Shown here: positions 37,861 to 52,000 of the stretch, piece after piece
Position numbering within the stretch: position 1 is the first letter of the stretch
Layout: the number at the start of each line of letters is the position of its first letter
DNA from: Mobula hypostoma
Taxonomy: Eukaryota
Assembly: GCF_963921235.1 (NCBI RefSeq)
Contig: NC_086097.1
Span: forward strand, 213,344,001 to 213,408,000
Direction of reading: 5' to 3'
DNA length: 64,000 nt
Notes under the pieces: model-generated
What the model was told of the DNA's origin: nothing
The model's input: the letters and a program-made list of their open reading frames with translations, nothing else
The model's database searches: none
Program-made: the position numbers and the translations under genes

Positions 37861-38265
37861 TTAGTATCCAGATGTTCCCTAATTCTAATATTTGCTGTAA
37901 CCTTTAGAACTTTTAAAGCTATTTATACTTCACAGAAAATAATGAGCTGTTATTCTATATCTCTTGAATTCTACATTTATAATCAATATATTGCTTTATG
38001 AAGTTGAGATAAGATGTTTATCAATATAATTAGCAATATTTTACCTTTTCCTTCTGGTCTTTTAGTTAGTAGATAGGCAATATTTCCTTGAAAGAAAGGA
38101 CACAAAGAAAATTTCAATTAAAGATATTTGGTCTCTAAACATACAAGACTTTTTTTTTGTTGGATTTGCTATCCATTTATGCATAGTTATAATTTCTGTT
38201 GTACCACAATTAAAACAGTTCAGCATTCTGAAACAACTATTGCATCATTTTAATTTATATATTAA

Positions 38266-38895
38266 GTCGGTGGTGAGGAAGGCAAATGCAATGTTGGCAT
38301 TTATTTGAAGAGGACTAGAATATAAAAGCAAGGATATAATGTTGAGGCTTAAAAGGCACTGGTGAGGCTTCACTTGGACTATTCTGAGCACATTAGGGCC
38401 CCTTTTTTAAGAAAGGATGTGCTGACATTGGAGAGGTTCATGAGAATGATTCCAAGAACGAAAAGCTTCGCGTATGAGGAGCAATTGATGGCTCTGGTTC
38501 TTTGCTTGTGGAATTTAGAGGTATGATGGGGGAACTCTTTGAAACCATATCAAATGTGAAAGGCCTACATATAGGATATGGAGAGGATGTTTCCTATGGG
38601 GGGGGGGCAGTGGGACTCTCGGACCAGAGGGCACAGACTCAGAAGAGGGACTTGCATTTAGAATGGAGATGAGGAATTTCTTTAGCCAGAGGGTGGTGAA
38701 TCTCTGGGATTTGTTGCCATAGGCGGCTGTGGAGGCTGAGTCACTGGGTGTGTTTAAGGCGGAGTGAGAATGTAAAAGATTACGGGGATAAAACAGATGA
38801 GTGGGGTTAAGAGGGAAATAGATCAGCCATGATGAAATGGTGGGGCAGACTCAGTGGGTTGAATGGCCTAACTCTGTTCCTGTGTCTTATGGTCT
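38266..38895 (+). mobile_element. CR1 LINE 3' fragment
   Basis: gtggtgaggaaggcaaatgcaatgttggcattt ... agccagagggtggtgaatctctgg ... gaatggcctaactctgttcc. Confidence 0.9.
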
Positions 38896-39219
38896 TTTTG
38901 TTTCTGTCCATTCGACTGACTGCATATTGTATCTTCTCACCAGTCTGTGTGTGCGTATACTAAGTTCAGCATCTTGATACCAATGGCTGACAATGATTTT
39001 CCTAGCTTTGTTCTAGAAATTTGCTTTGTGTATCTAGTATTTCTAAGGAAATTCGAAGACTTGGGGAAAATGAAAATGAGATAACAAATTGGGAGTTTCT
39101 AAAAGCTTGCTTTTATTCATTCCTGTCTCTGCCTTTTGCAGTCTACCTCCAATGAAGAAAATGACTGTCATTCTACATTTCTCCATCCAAGTAAAGTTAG
39201 GTCAGAGGATGGGTGTCTT

Positions 39220-39815
39220 GTGGCAAATGCAAAGTTAGCATTCAGTTCAAGAGGACTAGAATATAAAAGAAAGGATTTTCAAGTCATTGACCAGACAGCT
39301 TTGGGCCCCATATCCAAGAATTGGTGTATTGGCATTGGAGAGGGTCCAAAAGAGTTTTACGAGAAATAACCTGAGAATGAAAGGATTAATGTGTGAGGTG
39401 CATTTGCTGACCCGCTGCAGTTTTGAAGAATGAGGAGGAGTTCCATTGAAACCTGTCAATTACTGAAAGGCCTAGATAGAGTGGATATGGAGAGGATGTT
39501 TCCAGTAGTAGCAGAGCCTAGGGCCAGAGGGCACAGACTCAGAATACGAGGATGTCCCTATAGAACGGAAAAGAGAAGGAATTTCTTTAATCAGGGGGTG
39601 GTGAATCTCTGGAATTGCTACAGATGGCTGTGTAGGTTGATTGATTGGGTACGCTTAAACTGGAGGCTTATGGGTTCTTGAACAGTAAGGGAATCAAAGG
39701 TTATGGGGAAAAGGCAAGAAAATGGGATTGTGGGGCAAAATAATCATCCATGATAGAATCATGGAGCAGTCTCGAAAGGCTGAATGGCCTATTTCTGCTC
39801 CTATGTTTTATGGCA
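39220..39815 (+). mobile_element. CR1 LINE 3' fragment
   Basis: ORF 39430-39681 LKGLDRVDMERMFP..RGHRLRIRG..FFNQGVVNLWN. Confidence 0.9.
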
Positions 39816-40954
39816 AGTAGCACATCCTGACTTTACTAGCCCTTGCACTGTTACTTGGTTCAAGTTAGAAATTTGATGTATTAGGCTGTTTCCAAGATAA
39901 GTGCTGCTCTAACTATACATGAAAAGGCCAATGTCGTTCTGACCAGGTTGTTTGATACCTCATCCTTCAATTTAAATATTCATGCCCTCTGCCACTGATG
40001 TACTGTGGCTGCAATGAATGCCCTCTGCAAGATGCATTACTGCAATTTGATAAGATTTTTTTCTGTGCTTTCCCAGGTCTGTGATCACTACTGGGTAGGG
40101 CGACATGTGAGTCAGAATCCTGAAACATGCACTATTGACATTGTTTCATTGTCATGGAACCAGGATCAGAATTTTAGAAATTCCAACCTATAGCCATGAA
40201 TGTGCTCCTTCAAGAGGTGACTTGCCACCCTTGTTGAGAACTCTTTGCCATTTCTCCCATCCTAAAATCCTTTAAATGAGCTGATCAAGTGCTTATTGCA
40301 TGCTGTTTAATGTTGCTGCTGTTGGTTTTAATCCCGCAGGTGCAATTTTGTTGTCTGGTGGATAATGAAGTTCTGATCATGGAAGAATTGTCTTATCTTG
40401 CACAATATCCAAATGAAGCTTAACCAACTTTCACAATTTTGATTGATCCCTCTGATTGAATCTGACTGTATGCACTTCAAGTCCTTTAAAATGAATCTCA
40501 GGCCTTACCAAATCTACAACCTTACGTTTGTGTGTTCACCTCTCAATATTTTGACACATATTCCAATTTATACATAATTGTAGCTTACTCTGGATAATTA
40601 CAGTTTTTCTCAAAACTCCAGGAGCACATCTCTTATTAAAGAATTTTGCTGAACCCATTTCATTCAATGTTAATATTAAATCCTTTTGCAAAGTCTTCAG
40701 CCAATTTCCCCCTTTACATTTTGCTCCATTTTTTTGTTTGCACTTCTAACTGTTCCAACTTTTGTTTGTGCTTTTACAATCTCTACCTTTCAAGACTTTC
40801 TAAATTCTAAGTTTCCTTTCCAATTCCTTCTGTGGCACTTTATTGAGAATCAGTTGTGGCTTATTTGTGGACATTATTGTCACTAAATTCAATTTGACCT
40901 CCAAAGATGTGAGCAAAAGTACTAATAAATACATAAATTGGTGATGCAGACTTT

Positions 40955-41250
40955 TAGCTGAGATGTGAAACAATCTGCTTTCTCAGATGGATGTAAATGA
41001 TCCCCAAGGCACTATATTGAAGAGCAGGAAGTTGTCCTCTGTATCCTAGCCAATAATTATCCCTCAATCAACATCACTAAAATAGATTGTCTTGTCATTA
41101 TCACATTGCTGTTTGCTGGAGCTTGCTGTTCACACATTAGTTGTCGTGTTTCCTTGATTACAACAATGATTGTGCTCCATTGGCAATGCAATGCTTTGGG
41201 TGTCCTGTGGTTGTGAAAGGTGCTGTATAAATTGAACACGTTCTTTATTT
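40955..41250 (+). mobile_element. Deu-domain SINE (SacSINE1/AmnSINE1-related)
   Basis: gatggatgtaaatgatccccaaggcactatattgaagagcaggaagttgtcctctgtatcctagccaataattatccctcaa matches the Deu domain as I recall it; tail gtgaaaggtgctgtataaat. Confidence 0.8.
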
Positions 41251-41929
41251 TCTGAACCTACCTGTTCTTAGTTACTGCCCTTAAACATTTTGCTTCCACT
41301 TTGTACTATTGATTTTTTTTCCAGAACCTGTGGACTTGATGATTTCAGTTTAGGTATACATTGAGTGTAAATTGCTTTGGAGAAATTAAAACGGAGTTGG
41401 GTATTTTGGATAATATTTGTGATGTTTTTTATTGGTACAAGTCTGAATTGATCAGACTCAAGTTTATTGTCACTGATATGATGTGAGAATTGTTTTGCAG
41501 CTGTAGTACAGTCCAAAGACAAAGCTACGAATGGCAAAGGATAAAAAGGATAAGACATTTGTGTTCATGGCTTTATAGACCATTCACATATCTGAAGGTG
41601 GAAGATTTCTACAATGTCATTCTAGTATCAGTGCATTGAGTATAGTGTTTTGGTACATTTGTCTTCAGTTTGGTTTTGAAATGCTACATAAAATTTAATA
41701 TTAGTACTCTCTGGGGTTCCTTGTGTTCCTAAAGTTAGTGTTGGTTTTTAACAGGTAGGTATAACCAGGTGGCTGTTGGCCTCTTGTCTCAATTACATCT
41801 TGTCTGACACTAGGAATAGGAAGATGGTATTTATCCCTTACTCCTTCCTACTCATCCCATCAAATGAGCAGATTGTTGATCTGTGATGTAACTGTCAGCA
41901 TTCTGATTTTTAAAGTTTCTAAGTACATA

Positions 41930-43484
41930 CAGTGCGGATTTTAATAAGTATTCACCCCCTTTGGAAGTTTTCATGTTTTATTATTTTACAACACTGAATC
42001 ACAGGTGATTTAATTTGGCTTCTTTGACACTGAACAGAAAAAGACACTTTTGTGTCAAAGTGAAAACATTTAAAACACAAAATAATTCATTGCATTATAT
42101 TCACCCCCCCCTCCCCTTAAGATGACACACCAAATCATCACTGGTGCAGCCAATTGGTTTTAGAAGTCACATTAGTTAAATGGAGATCTGTTTTGGAGCT
42201 TGTGTGCAGTCAAGGTGTTTCAATTGAATTTCGTAAAAATACACCTGTATCTGGAAGGTCCAACGGCTGGTGAGTCAGTATCCTGGTAAAAACTACACCA
42301 TGAAGACAAAAGAACACTCCAGGCAATACCGCAAAGGTTATTGACAAGCTCAAGTCAGGAGATGGATACCAGAAAATTTCCAAGTCACTGAATATCCCTT
42401 GGAGTACAGTTAAGTCAATCATCAAGTTGTATAAATCTTTCTAGAGCAGGCCATCCTCAAAACCTGAATGACAGTGCAAGAAGGGGACTAATGAGGGAGG
42501 CCACCAAGAGACCTATGACAACTCTGGAGGAGTTGCAAGCTTCAGTGGCTAAGATGGGAGAGGCTGTACTTACAACAACTGTTGCTTGGGTGCATCACCA
42601 GTCACAACTTTATGGGAGAGTGGCAAAGAGAAAGCCACTGTTGGAAAAGAAAATTCAAATGAAATTTCATCTAGAGTTTGCCAGAAGGTTATGTAGGACA
42701 CTGAAGTCAGCTGGAAGAAGGTTCTATGGTCTGATGAAACCAAAATTGAGATTTTTTTTTGCCATCACTGTCTGGCATAAGCCAAACCATACATCATCAA
42801 AAACACCCCATCCCTACTGTGAAGCGTGGTGGTGGCACCATGCTGTGGGGTGCTTCACTGCAGCAGACCCTGGAAGGCTAGTGCAGGTAGAGGGTAAAAT
42901 GAATGCAGCAAATACAGGGAAATCCTGGAGGATAACCTGATGCAGTCTGCAAGAGAACTGCGACTTGGGAGGAGATTTGTTTTCCAGCAACACAATGACC
43001 TCAAGCATAAAGCCAAAGCTACACAGGAATGGCTTAAAAACAACAAAGTTAATGTCCTGGAGTGACCCAATCAGAGTCCATACCTCAATCCAATTGAGAA
43101 TTTGGCTGGACTTGAAAAAGGCTGTTCACTCACGATTTCCAAACAATCAGACAGAGCCTGAGCACTTCTGTAAAGAAGAATGGGGAAAAATTGCAATGTC
43201 CAGATGTGCAAAGCTGATAGAGACCTATCCACACAGACTTAAGGCCGTAATTGCTGCCAAAGGTGCATCTACTAAATAATGACTTGAAGGAAGTGAATAC
43301 TTACGCAATTAATTCTTTATTTTAAACTTGTAATTAATTTTGATCAGGATGTAGAGATCTATTTCACTTTGACATGAGTCTTTTTCTGTTGACCAGTGTC
43401 AAAAAAGCTAAAGTAAATCCACTGTGATTCAGTGTTGTAAAACAATAAAACACAAAAACTTCCAAACTTTTTATATTGGTTTTG
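41930..43484 (+). mobile_element. Tc1-like DNA transposon, near full length, frameshifted DD34E transposase
   Basis: TA|CAGTG start and long inverted terminal repeats with internal repeated tattcacccc. ATG at 42300 (MKTKEHS), WSDETK about 42727, FQQHNDLKH about 42981, LNPIEN about 43084; stop about 43279. Confidence 0.92.
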
Positions 43485-43489
43485 TAATG

Positions 43490-44945
43490 TCACCATATGC
43501 AGATATACTCAATAAATCCATAACATAATAACCATAACATAATCAGTAAAAGACTGCAAGCTCTTGGGTGTTCAATCAGTGTGCAAAAGGCAAACTGTGC
43601 TAATGCATAAAGAAATAATAAATAAATAAACAATGTACATTGAGAACAAGAGATGAAAAGCGCTTGAAAGTGAGTTTGTAGGTTGTGGGAACATTTCAGT
43701 GATGGAGCAAGGGAAGTTGCATTAAGTTATCCCTTTGGTTCAGGAGCCTGATAACTGAGGGGTAATAACTGTTCCTGAACCTGGTAGTGAGCTCTGAGAC
43801 TCCTGTACCACCATCCTGATGGCAGCAGAGACAAAAGAGCATGGCCTGGGTGGTGGGGGTCCCTGATGATGGATGCTGCTTTCCTGTGACAGAGTTTTGT
43901 GCAGATGTGCTCAGTGGTAGGGAGGTATCTACCCAGGATGGACTGGGCCGTATCCACTGCTTTTTGTTGGATTTTCCATTCAAGGGCACTGGTGTTTCCA
44001 TGGCAGGATGTAATGCAGCCATTCAATATACTCTCCACTACACATCTACAGATGTTTGTCGAAGTTTTAGATGACGTGCCAAATCTTTGCAAACTCTTAA
44101 GGAAGTAGAGGTACTCGTGTGCTGGACCCAGAACAGGTTCTCTAATATAACATCAAGAAAGTTAAGGTTGCTGTCCCTCTCCCCCTCTGATGAGGACTAG
44201 CTCATGGACCTCTAGATTCCTTCTGAAGTCTATAGTAAGCTTCTTGGTCTTGGTGAACTTAAGTAATCAATTGTTATGGCACCACTCAGCCAGATTTTCA
44301 ATTTCCTTTCCATATGCTGATTCATCACCACGGTTCATTCGGCCTATGACAGTGGTGTTCATCAGCAAACGAATATGGCATTGGAGCTGTGCTTAGTCGA
44401 CAGTTGTAAGTGTAAAGCGATTAGAGCAGGGGGCTAAGTGCACAGTCTGGTGATCTGAACTGACTGGGATCTGCAAGTGTGGAAATCAAGGATCTGATTA
44501 GACAAGGAGGTACTGAGGCCGAGGTCTTGAAGCTTATTAGTTTTGAGGGGATGATGGTATTGAATGTTGAGCTGTAGTTGATAAAGAACATCCTGATGTA
44601 TGCACCTTTGTTGTGCAGACATTGCAGCGTTGGGTGAAGAGCCAGTAAGATGGCAGCTGCTGTGGACCTGTTGCTCTGGTAGGTAAATCGAAGCGGATCC
44701 AAGCTGTTTCTCAGGCGGGAGTTGATATGTTTCATTCTAAACTCTCAAAACACTTCATCACAGTGGATGCAAATGCTACTGGACGTTAGTCATTGAGGCA
44801 GGTCACCATGTTCTTAGACATTAGTATGATTGAAGCCTGCTTGAAATAGCTGGGTACCTCAGACTGCCGAAGCGAGAGGTTAAAGATCCCAGTGAACATT
44901 CCAGCCAGTTGATCAGCGCAGGTCTTTAGTACTTGGCCAGCATTA
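43490..44945 (-). mobile_element. Rex1/Babar LINE (RT plus 3' end), degenerate
   Basis: LDPLRFTYQSNRSTAAAI..YIRMFFINYSSTFNTIIPSKL; CVVESILNGCITS..HPGHALLSLLPSG. Confidence 0.9.
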
Positions 44946-46589
44946 AAATTATCAGTGAACCCAACATCAGTTGGCTTATGGGAAAGAGATTTCCAAACTG
45001 TATTTGGAGCTCCATTATGTGAATGTTTTGTAGCTTATTCTCATGAAATTGGTTTGAAACAACCAATCTCTCTGAAAGTCTAGGTTTATAACATCTATAG
45101 ACTGTCACCTATCCATCCTTTTAATCTTTTCAAACTTCAGTTTGTAAGGAATGACCAACATTATAAATTCAATGTTGGCTCTAATTAACTGAGTATCAAG
45201 ATGTATGGTAATGCTATATTACCAAACCTTAATGATGTTTTCCTTTCTCATCTTTCCTAACAGTAAAATTTCTACTTTGAATTAACTGGTTATATTGAAT
45301 CAAGAAAATTTTGGAAACTTGTATTTCCAAAGTTCTTATCCACTGTAAAGTGCTGGGATGAAAATCTGTCCCAAGAACAGCTATTCTTTAGCACTTTTAT
45401 TTATTTAATTTTGATGAATCACTGTTCCCATTTCAACATTTTTCAAAGTCTGTAGTGCTATCCTCTCCCTTTCCTGTAAATGATGGCGCAAAGTAATTAT
45501 TCAACACTTATTTCCTTATTTCGTTTACAATATTATTAATCCTTTATTAAAGGTCCTTTCCTCTGGTAAACATTTTTGCTTTTGAGTTTTGTAAGTTTTT
45601 TCATTTTGTAATCATTTTGGTTCCTTTTTATATTTTTCATAATCATCAGTGTCTGTTCTGTTTTTGCATTGTTTTCTCTCTTGTTTAACCTCTTCAATTA
45701 TGCCATGTAGAACACGTCACTTTTGCCAAAAACTGGTTCTGCATTGACCCTGTTGTTTCTGTCTACTGGCAAATATGCTAGCTTCTATCCTATGAAGTTG
45801 GCCACGCCTAAGTATTGAATCTTTGTAAAGATTTTGAGATTATTTTGAATAAACATATTGTCTCTATTAGAGAAACATTGTGTACTATTATGTGTAAACA
45901 AAATATGGTTCATTGCAATACAAAATCTAATGTGACTAGTTCTCTTGCAGATTTTGGAACACATTGCAAAAATCTGCAATCACTGACACCTGTAATGCGC
46001 TGTTTTTCAGGGAAGTTGGTCCGCTTATTTTGATTAATAAACTACCCTTGTCTTGCATTTGTCTAATTTCTGAATCCAGTCTGCCACTTCACATGCACCA
46101 AGGAGGGATAAGTACAGCTACTAGATATTCTAAACTAAGTATGATGGTCTGTACTAATTTGGCCCATGAAGTCTTTTCATTTCCTGTATATTTCTTAAAA
46201 ATCTGTCATTTCAGAAGTAATTAGAGCCTTCATAACCAATGCTTCCCTTTCTCTCACCCCTCCCCAACCATTTGCCTTTTTTCCCTGTGGGTGTTATAAT
46301 CTGGGATGTTTTGGTTTTGACCATCAGTTTGCTACCAGGTCTCAGATGGCTGCTAGGATGCTGTCTCAGTTGAATTTATACTAGCAAGCCAATCAGTTTG
46401 TTCTTTCCACTTTGTGTAAAATATACTTATTTGGTGCAGTCTCTATTTGGTCTGATCTGATTACTTACTCTGATATTTTCTGTCTCTGGTTTTGTTACTT
46501 TCCATCCTTGGAGCTTTTCCTCAAATTGCTGCTGGAATATACTTTCAGAAAATGAGCATACTCCCCCCTCTTCCCCCCCATTGCTTTGA

Positions 46590-47580
46590 TCCCCCATCAT
46601 TTTCCAGTGTTCCATTGCCTCTCTTTTACTCTTTGCACATCTGAGAAAATTGTTAGTATCCTCTTGTATATTATTGCTTGTATATTATACCTTCATATTT
46701 CATCTTTTCTCTCCTTATGGATTTGTTTAGGTGCCTTCTGTTGATTTTTACAAGATTCCCAATTGTCTACTTCCCACAAATTTTTTATAGGCCCTCTCTT
46801 TTGCTTTTAGGCTGTCTTAGACTTTCCTTGTCACGATGGATGCCTCATCCTCATCCATGCCCATAATACTTAATTTTTTAGGATATATTTATCCTGTGCC
46901 TTCTGAATTCCCCCAAGAAACTCCAGCCATTGGTGTTCTGTCATCATCTCAAATAGTTTCTCCTTCCAGTCTCCTCTCACACTTCTGAAAATCGAGATAT
47001 ATCAGCATTATAGTGGAATAACAGGGAATTAATCTTCACCCTCTCAAACTGCAGGGTGAATTCTATCATATTAATATCACTGACTCCTAAGGGCTCTTTT
47101 ACCTTAAGCTCCCTTATCAAATCTGATTCATTTCACAACACCCCATCCAGAATTGCATTTTCTGTTTGTGGGCTCAACTACAAGCTGCTCTGAAAAGCCA
47201 TCTCATATACATTCTACAAATTCCCCATCTTGGGATCATGCATCAGCCGGATTTTTCCAATCTATCTGCATATTGAAATCCCCCATGACTATTGTAACAT
47301 TGCCTTTATTGTATGTTTCTTCTATCTGCCTGTCCTTTTGATACAATGTGAATCCTTGTATGTTAAGCTCCCAACTCTGATCTTTCAGCCCTGACTCAGT
47401 GATGGCCACAAACTCCTACCTGCCAATCTCTGATTCCACTACAGTATCATATACCTTAATTTTGTACATTCAAATATAACGCCCTCAGTCCTGTATTCAA
47501 TCACCCTTTTTGGTTTTACACCCATGTTACACTCATCTTGCTGACTAATATTTTGCCCTATCATCTGCCTGCCCTTGATC
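46590..47580 (-). mobile_element. Degenerate CR1 endonuclease-region fragment
   Basis: gcatattgaaatcccccatgactattg reads on the minus strand as IVMGDFNM (APE endonuclease GDFN motif). Confidence 0.7.
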
Positions 47581-48574
47581 TCGGATTTGTCAAATAAGCT
47601 TCTAAATATCTGATTTTAAGATTAATATTAATCAAACCAGCAAGCAGTGGAACACTGGGAGGAGTTTTAATGGCAGGCAGCTTTAAATGTCTGTTGTCCT
47701 GTTTCTTATTTGGCCAAATAACTAGCTGATGAGTAAGCAGGTTGAGTTAGCAGTTAAAAAACTTGTATACTTTTTAATTGTTTGTCTCCACCTTATTGGG
47801 TGGTGATCTAATGTAAGAATTGGCATTTTATGAATTGACTCAATTTGGGTGTCAGAATATAATCACTTGATTTTAATTGGATGAAGAATTGTGTACCCAG
47901 CTATGTGAAAACATGGCATGAAGCAGCGGGAATACATAGAATAGCTTAATTTATAATAGAATCCTAAAATGAGAATACTCAGTAATGTAAGCTGCAGCTC
48001 TGGGAAAAGAAAAAGTCAAAGTTTTAGGCTGAAAACTGACAGAACTGAATGGCTTAATTGATGTTCAGTCCTATTACAGCTGAAGGTCCATTGCAAATTT
48101 CAGTAGTTTCTGATGTTTGCTGAATATCTGTGTTTTTAAAAAAAAAGTTAATTATGCTATTGAAATATTTGAATATTGAATCTTTTGGGGTTCAGGTTGC
48201 AGTAAAATACTACCTTTGGAGGCATGGGAAGTTATGTAAAATGCATTGAAGATGACCTTGTACTTGAATTTTAATAGAAATATGGAGCAGAAACAGTTTT
48301 GTGAACATCTGCTAAAGAAAAGGAACTCTGGTGTTCCTGCCATCAAAAGGGTTAGCTATGGAAAACAAATGAGTAGCAAGTTTACTTTCAGCTGTGACAC
48401 CACAGCACAGATTCGCCGTAAGTATAAATTGATTGTCATTGCATTAATTAAAAAAGTGCTGATCATAACATTTAGTAGGAAAGTTACATCCAAAATTACT
48501 AGGTGTAGGATAGTCATTTTGGTAAAATTTTATTCTTGGGGTTTAAAGCAATGAAATCTGCACCTGAATGTCTT

Positions 48575-49048
48575 TACTGGATTTACTACCCTGAAGGTGG
48601 CAGTATAAATGGACATTTTGTTCAGATTTTCACAATGCCTGTTTGGGTTCTCTAGAATAAAAAGACCCATTAATATACAAAACCCATTAAAATGGTTGGC
48701 AAGAGCTAAATGTGTATTTGTTTTCAATTTTTGCTTCAGTTTCTCTCTTCCTGATTCTTCTCCTAAAGTTGAGTTATGCTGGATTTAGGCCTTAATTTGC
48801 TATCTTTTTTGAAGGATGAACTGTCCAGACTTTCTGCTATTTCTTCATTGTTCAAACTTGATGTCGAAGTTTAGCCTTTTAGCTTTTGTTTGCACTGTCT
48901 AACTTATGACACCAGAGGAAAGGAAGCAGAGTTTGAGATGAACACTTAATTCTTGCCAAACATTTTAGTGTGCTACGTAAAAGAAAATCCAAACACATTG
49001 TGAATATCAGCATAATATACTGCCACCTTCAGGGTAGTAAATCCAGTA
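48575..49048. repeat. Inverted-repeat (MITE-like) element with perfect 33-bp arms
   Basis: 48575-48607 tactggatttactaccctgaaggtggcagtata is the exact reverse complement of 49016-49048; weaker complementarity extends about 50 bp inward. Confidence 0.85.
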
Positions 49049-52000
49049 TGCGTATTCAAACACAAATGTCAAAACTTCAGTCTTCAAGAGCATGAAATAT
49101 CATGAAATGATATCCCATCACAAATATCTAATCTTCCTCAAATGGAAGCCCGGAACACTTCAAATCCATTCAAAAATAAACGATTAGTACTTCAGGGTAA
49201 ACAGACCGGATAAGGGGTCATGGGTTCAAGCTGATGAAATTTCAGACCTATGTATCAAAGTTCTTGCAACAGGTGACAAACATTTGATAATTTGAATCTT
49301 ATAGAGGTGAAGAAAAGTAAACATTTATGGTTAGTTGGTGAAGAACCCACCATTGTGATCTTTAATTTTAAAAACTTTAAAATTTTCCTCCGCACAGTTT
49401 ACTGTTGCAACTTTTGTATTACTATATTATCCCAAATATAGTGAGTATATCAATGCCAAATGTATATATGACTGGAAGTATTACTGATTTGTCTTTCCTT
49501 TTTCCTCAAGGCAGTTTGACATGTTGCACAGACATTTGCTGGTGACCAGTATTTTGAAATGTGATAATTTGCTTGAAAGTAAATCAGAATTGGGCATCAC
49601 TGAAGCTAGTTTGGAGGGACCTTGGTATCCTTATACACAAATCACTAGTAGTTAATATGTGGATGTAGCAAAGAGTTTGGTGAGCAAATAGACTGTTGTC
49701 CTCTACTGAATGGAAGAGAAAAGCCAGATTGCAATTATGCAGTGCCCTATTGAGGCTGTATCTAGGTATTGTATGCAGGGCTAACTTCCCCACCTGAAGA
49801 AAATATACTTATAATTTAACCAACCATTTTCTATCTTTCTGCTCTGAAAGTTTACCAGGTTGATTCAAGTTGGCATGTCTTTATGAGGAGAGATGAAGCA
49901 GACTGGGCCTATACTGTCTTGAGTTTGAGAACAAGTGAATGATTTCATTGAAGCGTACAAAATGGAATGGAACTGATGTTTCCCCTGCCTCAGGAGATTA
50001 GAACCAGAGGTTCCAAATAAGGAGTTAGCAAGTTGAGATCAATGAGGAGAAATGTCTTCACCTGGAGATTATTGAAGCTTGGGAAATATTTACCTGAGAA
50101 GTCTGAAAATTCAGTTGCCGACTATATTCAAGACTGATGCATTTTGAAATGTTTGAAGGAATAATAAAGAATATTAGTACAGCAATGATATTGTTGATCA
50201 TGCGATCCAAATGGGCTACCTCTGCCAATTCTGATTATTATGCATTATACCTATATGGTCAGAAGTTGTGATGTTGACAGACTTTAATATTGTCTCTTTT
50301 TACTTATACTCAAAATCCAGCATTGATATTCTATGTTTTCACTTGAGTACCAACTAGCAATGCAGAGTACTCAAGAAGTTGGGATTTTTTTTTGTTTGTT
50401 TGTGACAGATGTGGAATACTAGCTTTGTACCTTTTTATGTTAGGTTGCTTTGCTAAATGGACAGAAATATAGGATGGAGGTCCTCGTGCTGAGTTCCAAC
50501 ATCATTGAGCAATATTAAGGTTAATATGACAATAATGGGGTAATCAAAAATGATGTCTGTGGTTGTGCAGTGCTTATCAGCATTTTAAGCCTGTGTAGGT
50601 GTATTATTATTTATAATTCTCTTGGGTATTGCTAGTGAGGTCCCTACCCTGTGTCCTTCAGGGCAGTGCTGAGCCTCCACCTGGAATCAGTGTCCTGATG
50701 CTGAAGGTGCTCCCTCAAAGCCATTGACTTCAGCAAAGGACTCTATTTAATTCTGGGTCAGAATTGTGTAATACAAAAATTCTTTCTTTTATCGAAGATG
50801 TGAACCCATCACAGTCTTACTCGAGATTTCTCTGCTGATAATGGCTTGTACTGAAGCAAGAATATTCTTTTCCTTTTTATTTTTTTAGCAGGAAGTGACC
50901 AAGGCATCATCAGTTCAGTTGATAATTAAAAATATATCAGTTGGGCAAAGAAGTGTAATGAGCATCCCAAACCATTGCTCCCAAAACTTCACTAATCCAT
51001 AAATCTCATTAGTCTTTGGCCATGCCAGTCTTCAACTAAGTGCTGCGAAAATGATTTGGAAAGTCCTAAACATATGAGTACATTATGTAAATAACTTTAA
51101 CCCTCTTTCTGCTTCCAGTTTCCAAGGGGCTTTTTCTCTTCTTTTGCCCTTACCTGTTCCATCTTTTTCTTGATTTCCTCAGTTGGGGTGGCTTTATTTC
51201 AGGTAGCATTTCATCAGTCTCCTGCTAATCTAATCCTGTTGGATTACATTTTGGTTTCTGTAAGCAGTTTTGTGTTGTAACTTGTCAGCTGAAATCAACT
51301 GGAGTCAATAGAACTGGCTAGATGCTGTAGTCATTTTCTACTCCTGTGGGATATTGATACCCTCAATTTATGTTAACTTCACATTCATTGTGTGCTTGCT
51401 TCATTGTCATAACTTGTTGAATTTACACAAGAATAGGACAGCACAGAAGTGCGGCAGGTATTGCTATTCTGTGGTTTTAATCTTGAGTACCAGTGTTGTC
51501 ATTTTGCAGGGTTTTTTTTCCCTCTGCAACTTTGTAGGTTGTTCTCCTCTCCCCCCGCCCCCCCAACCCCCGGGTGTCTGGTTTACCACTATGTGCCAAA
51601 GATGTGCTGATTGGTGTGTTAATTAGCTGCTGTAAATTATCCATAATAGCTCATGGGCAAATCAGGAGACAAATTGATAGCCAGGTTACGTGGACATGAT
51701 TGTGGGAATGGAATGAATAGATTTATTTGAGAACAAGCAGGCTTGATGGAATGAATGATGTATGTTGTAAATTAGTTAGTATATGAATATGGTAGATTGT
51801 CAATTTTTAATGTGATTTGGGGTGGGCAGGGAAGGTTAAATGGCCCAACTTCCTCCTCAGTGATCTCGGGTTTGCCTCCACACTAGCCATGAATCTTTTG
51901 ACATTTGTACCTTTGTTTTATGTATCCGATTGATTCCTCTTGCCTTTTCACAGCCTTCCTTAATTTTAACTGAATTTGTGGACCAAATACATATTTTAAG

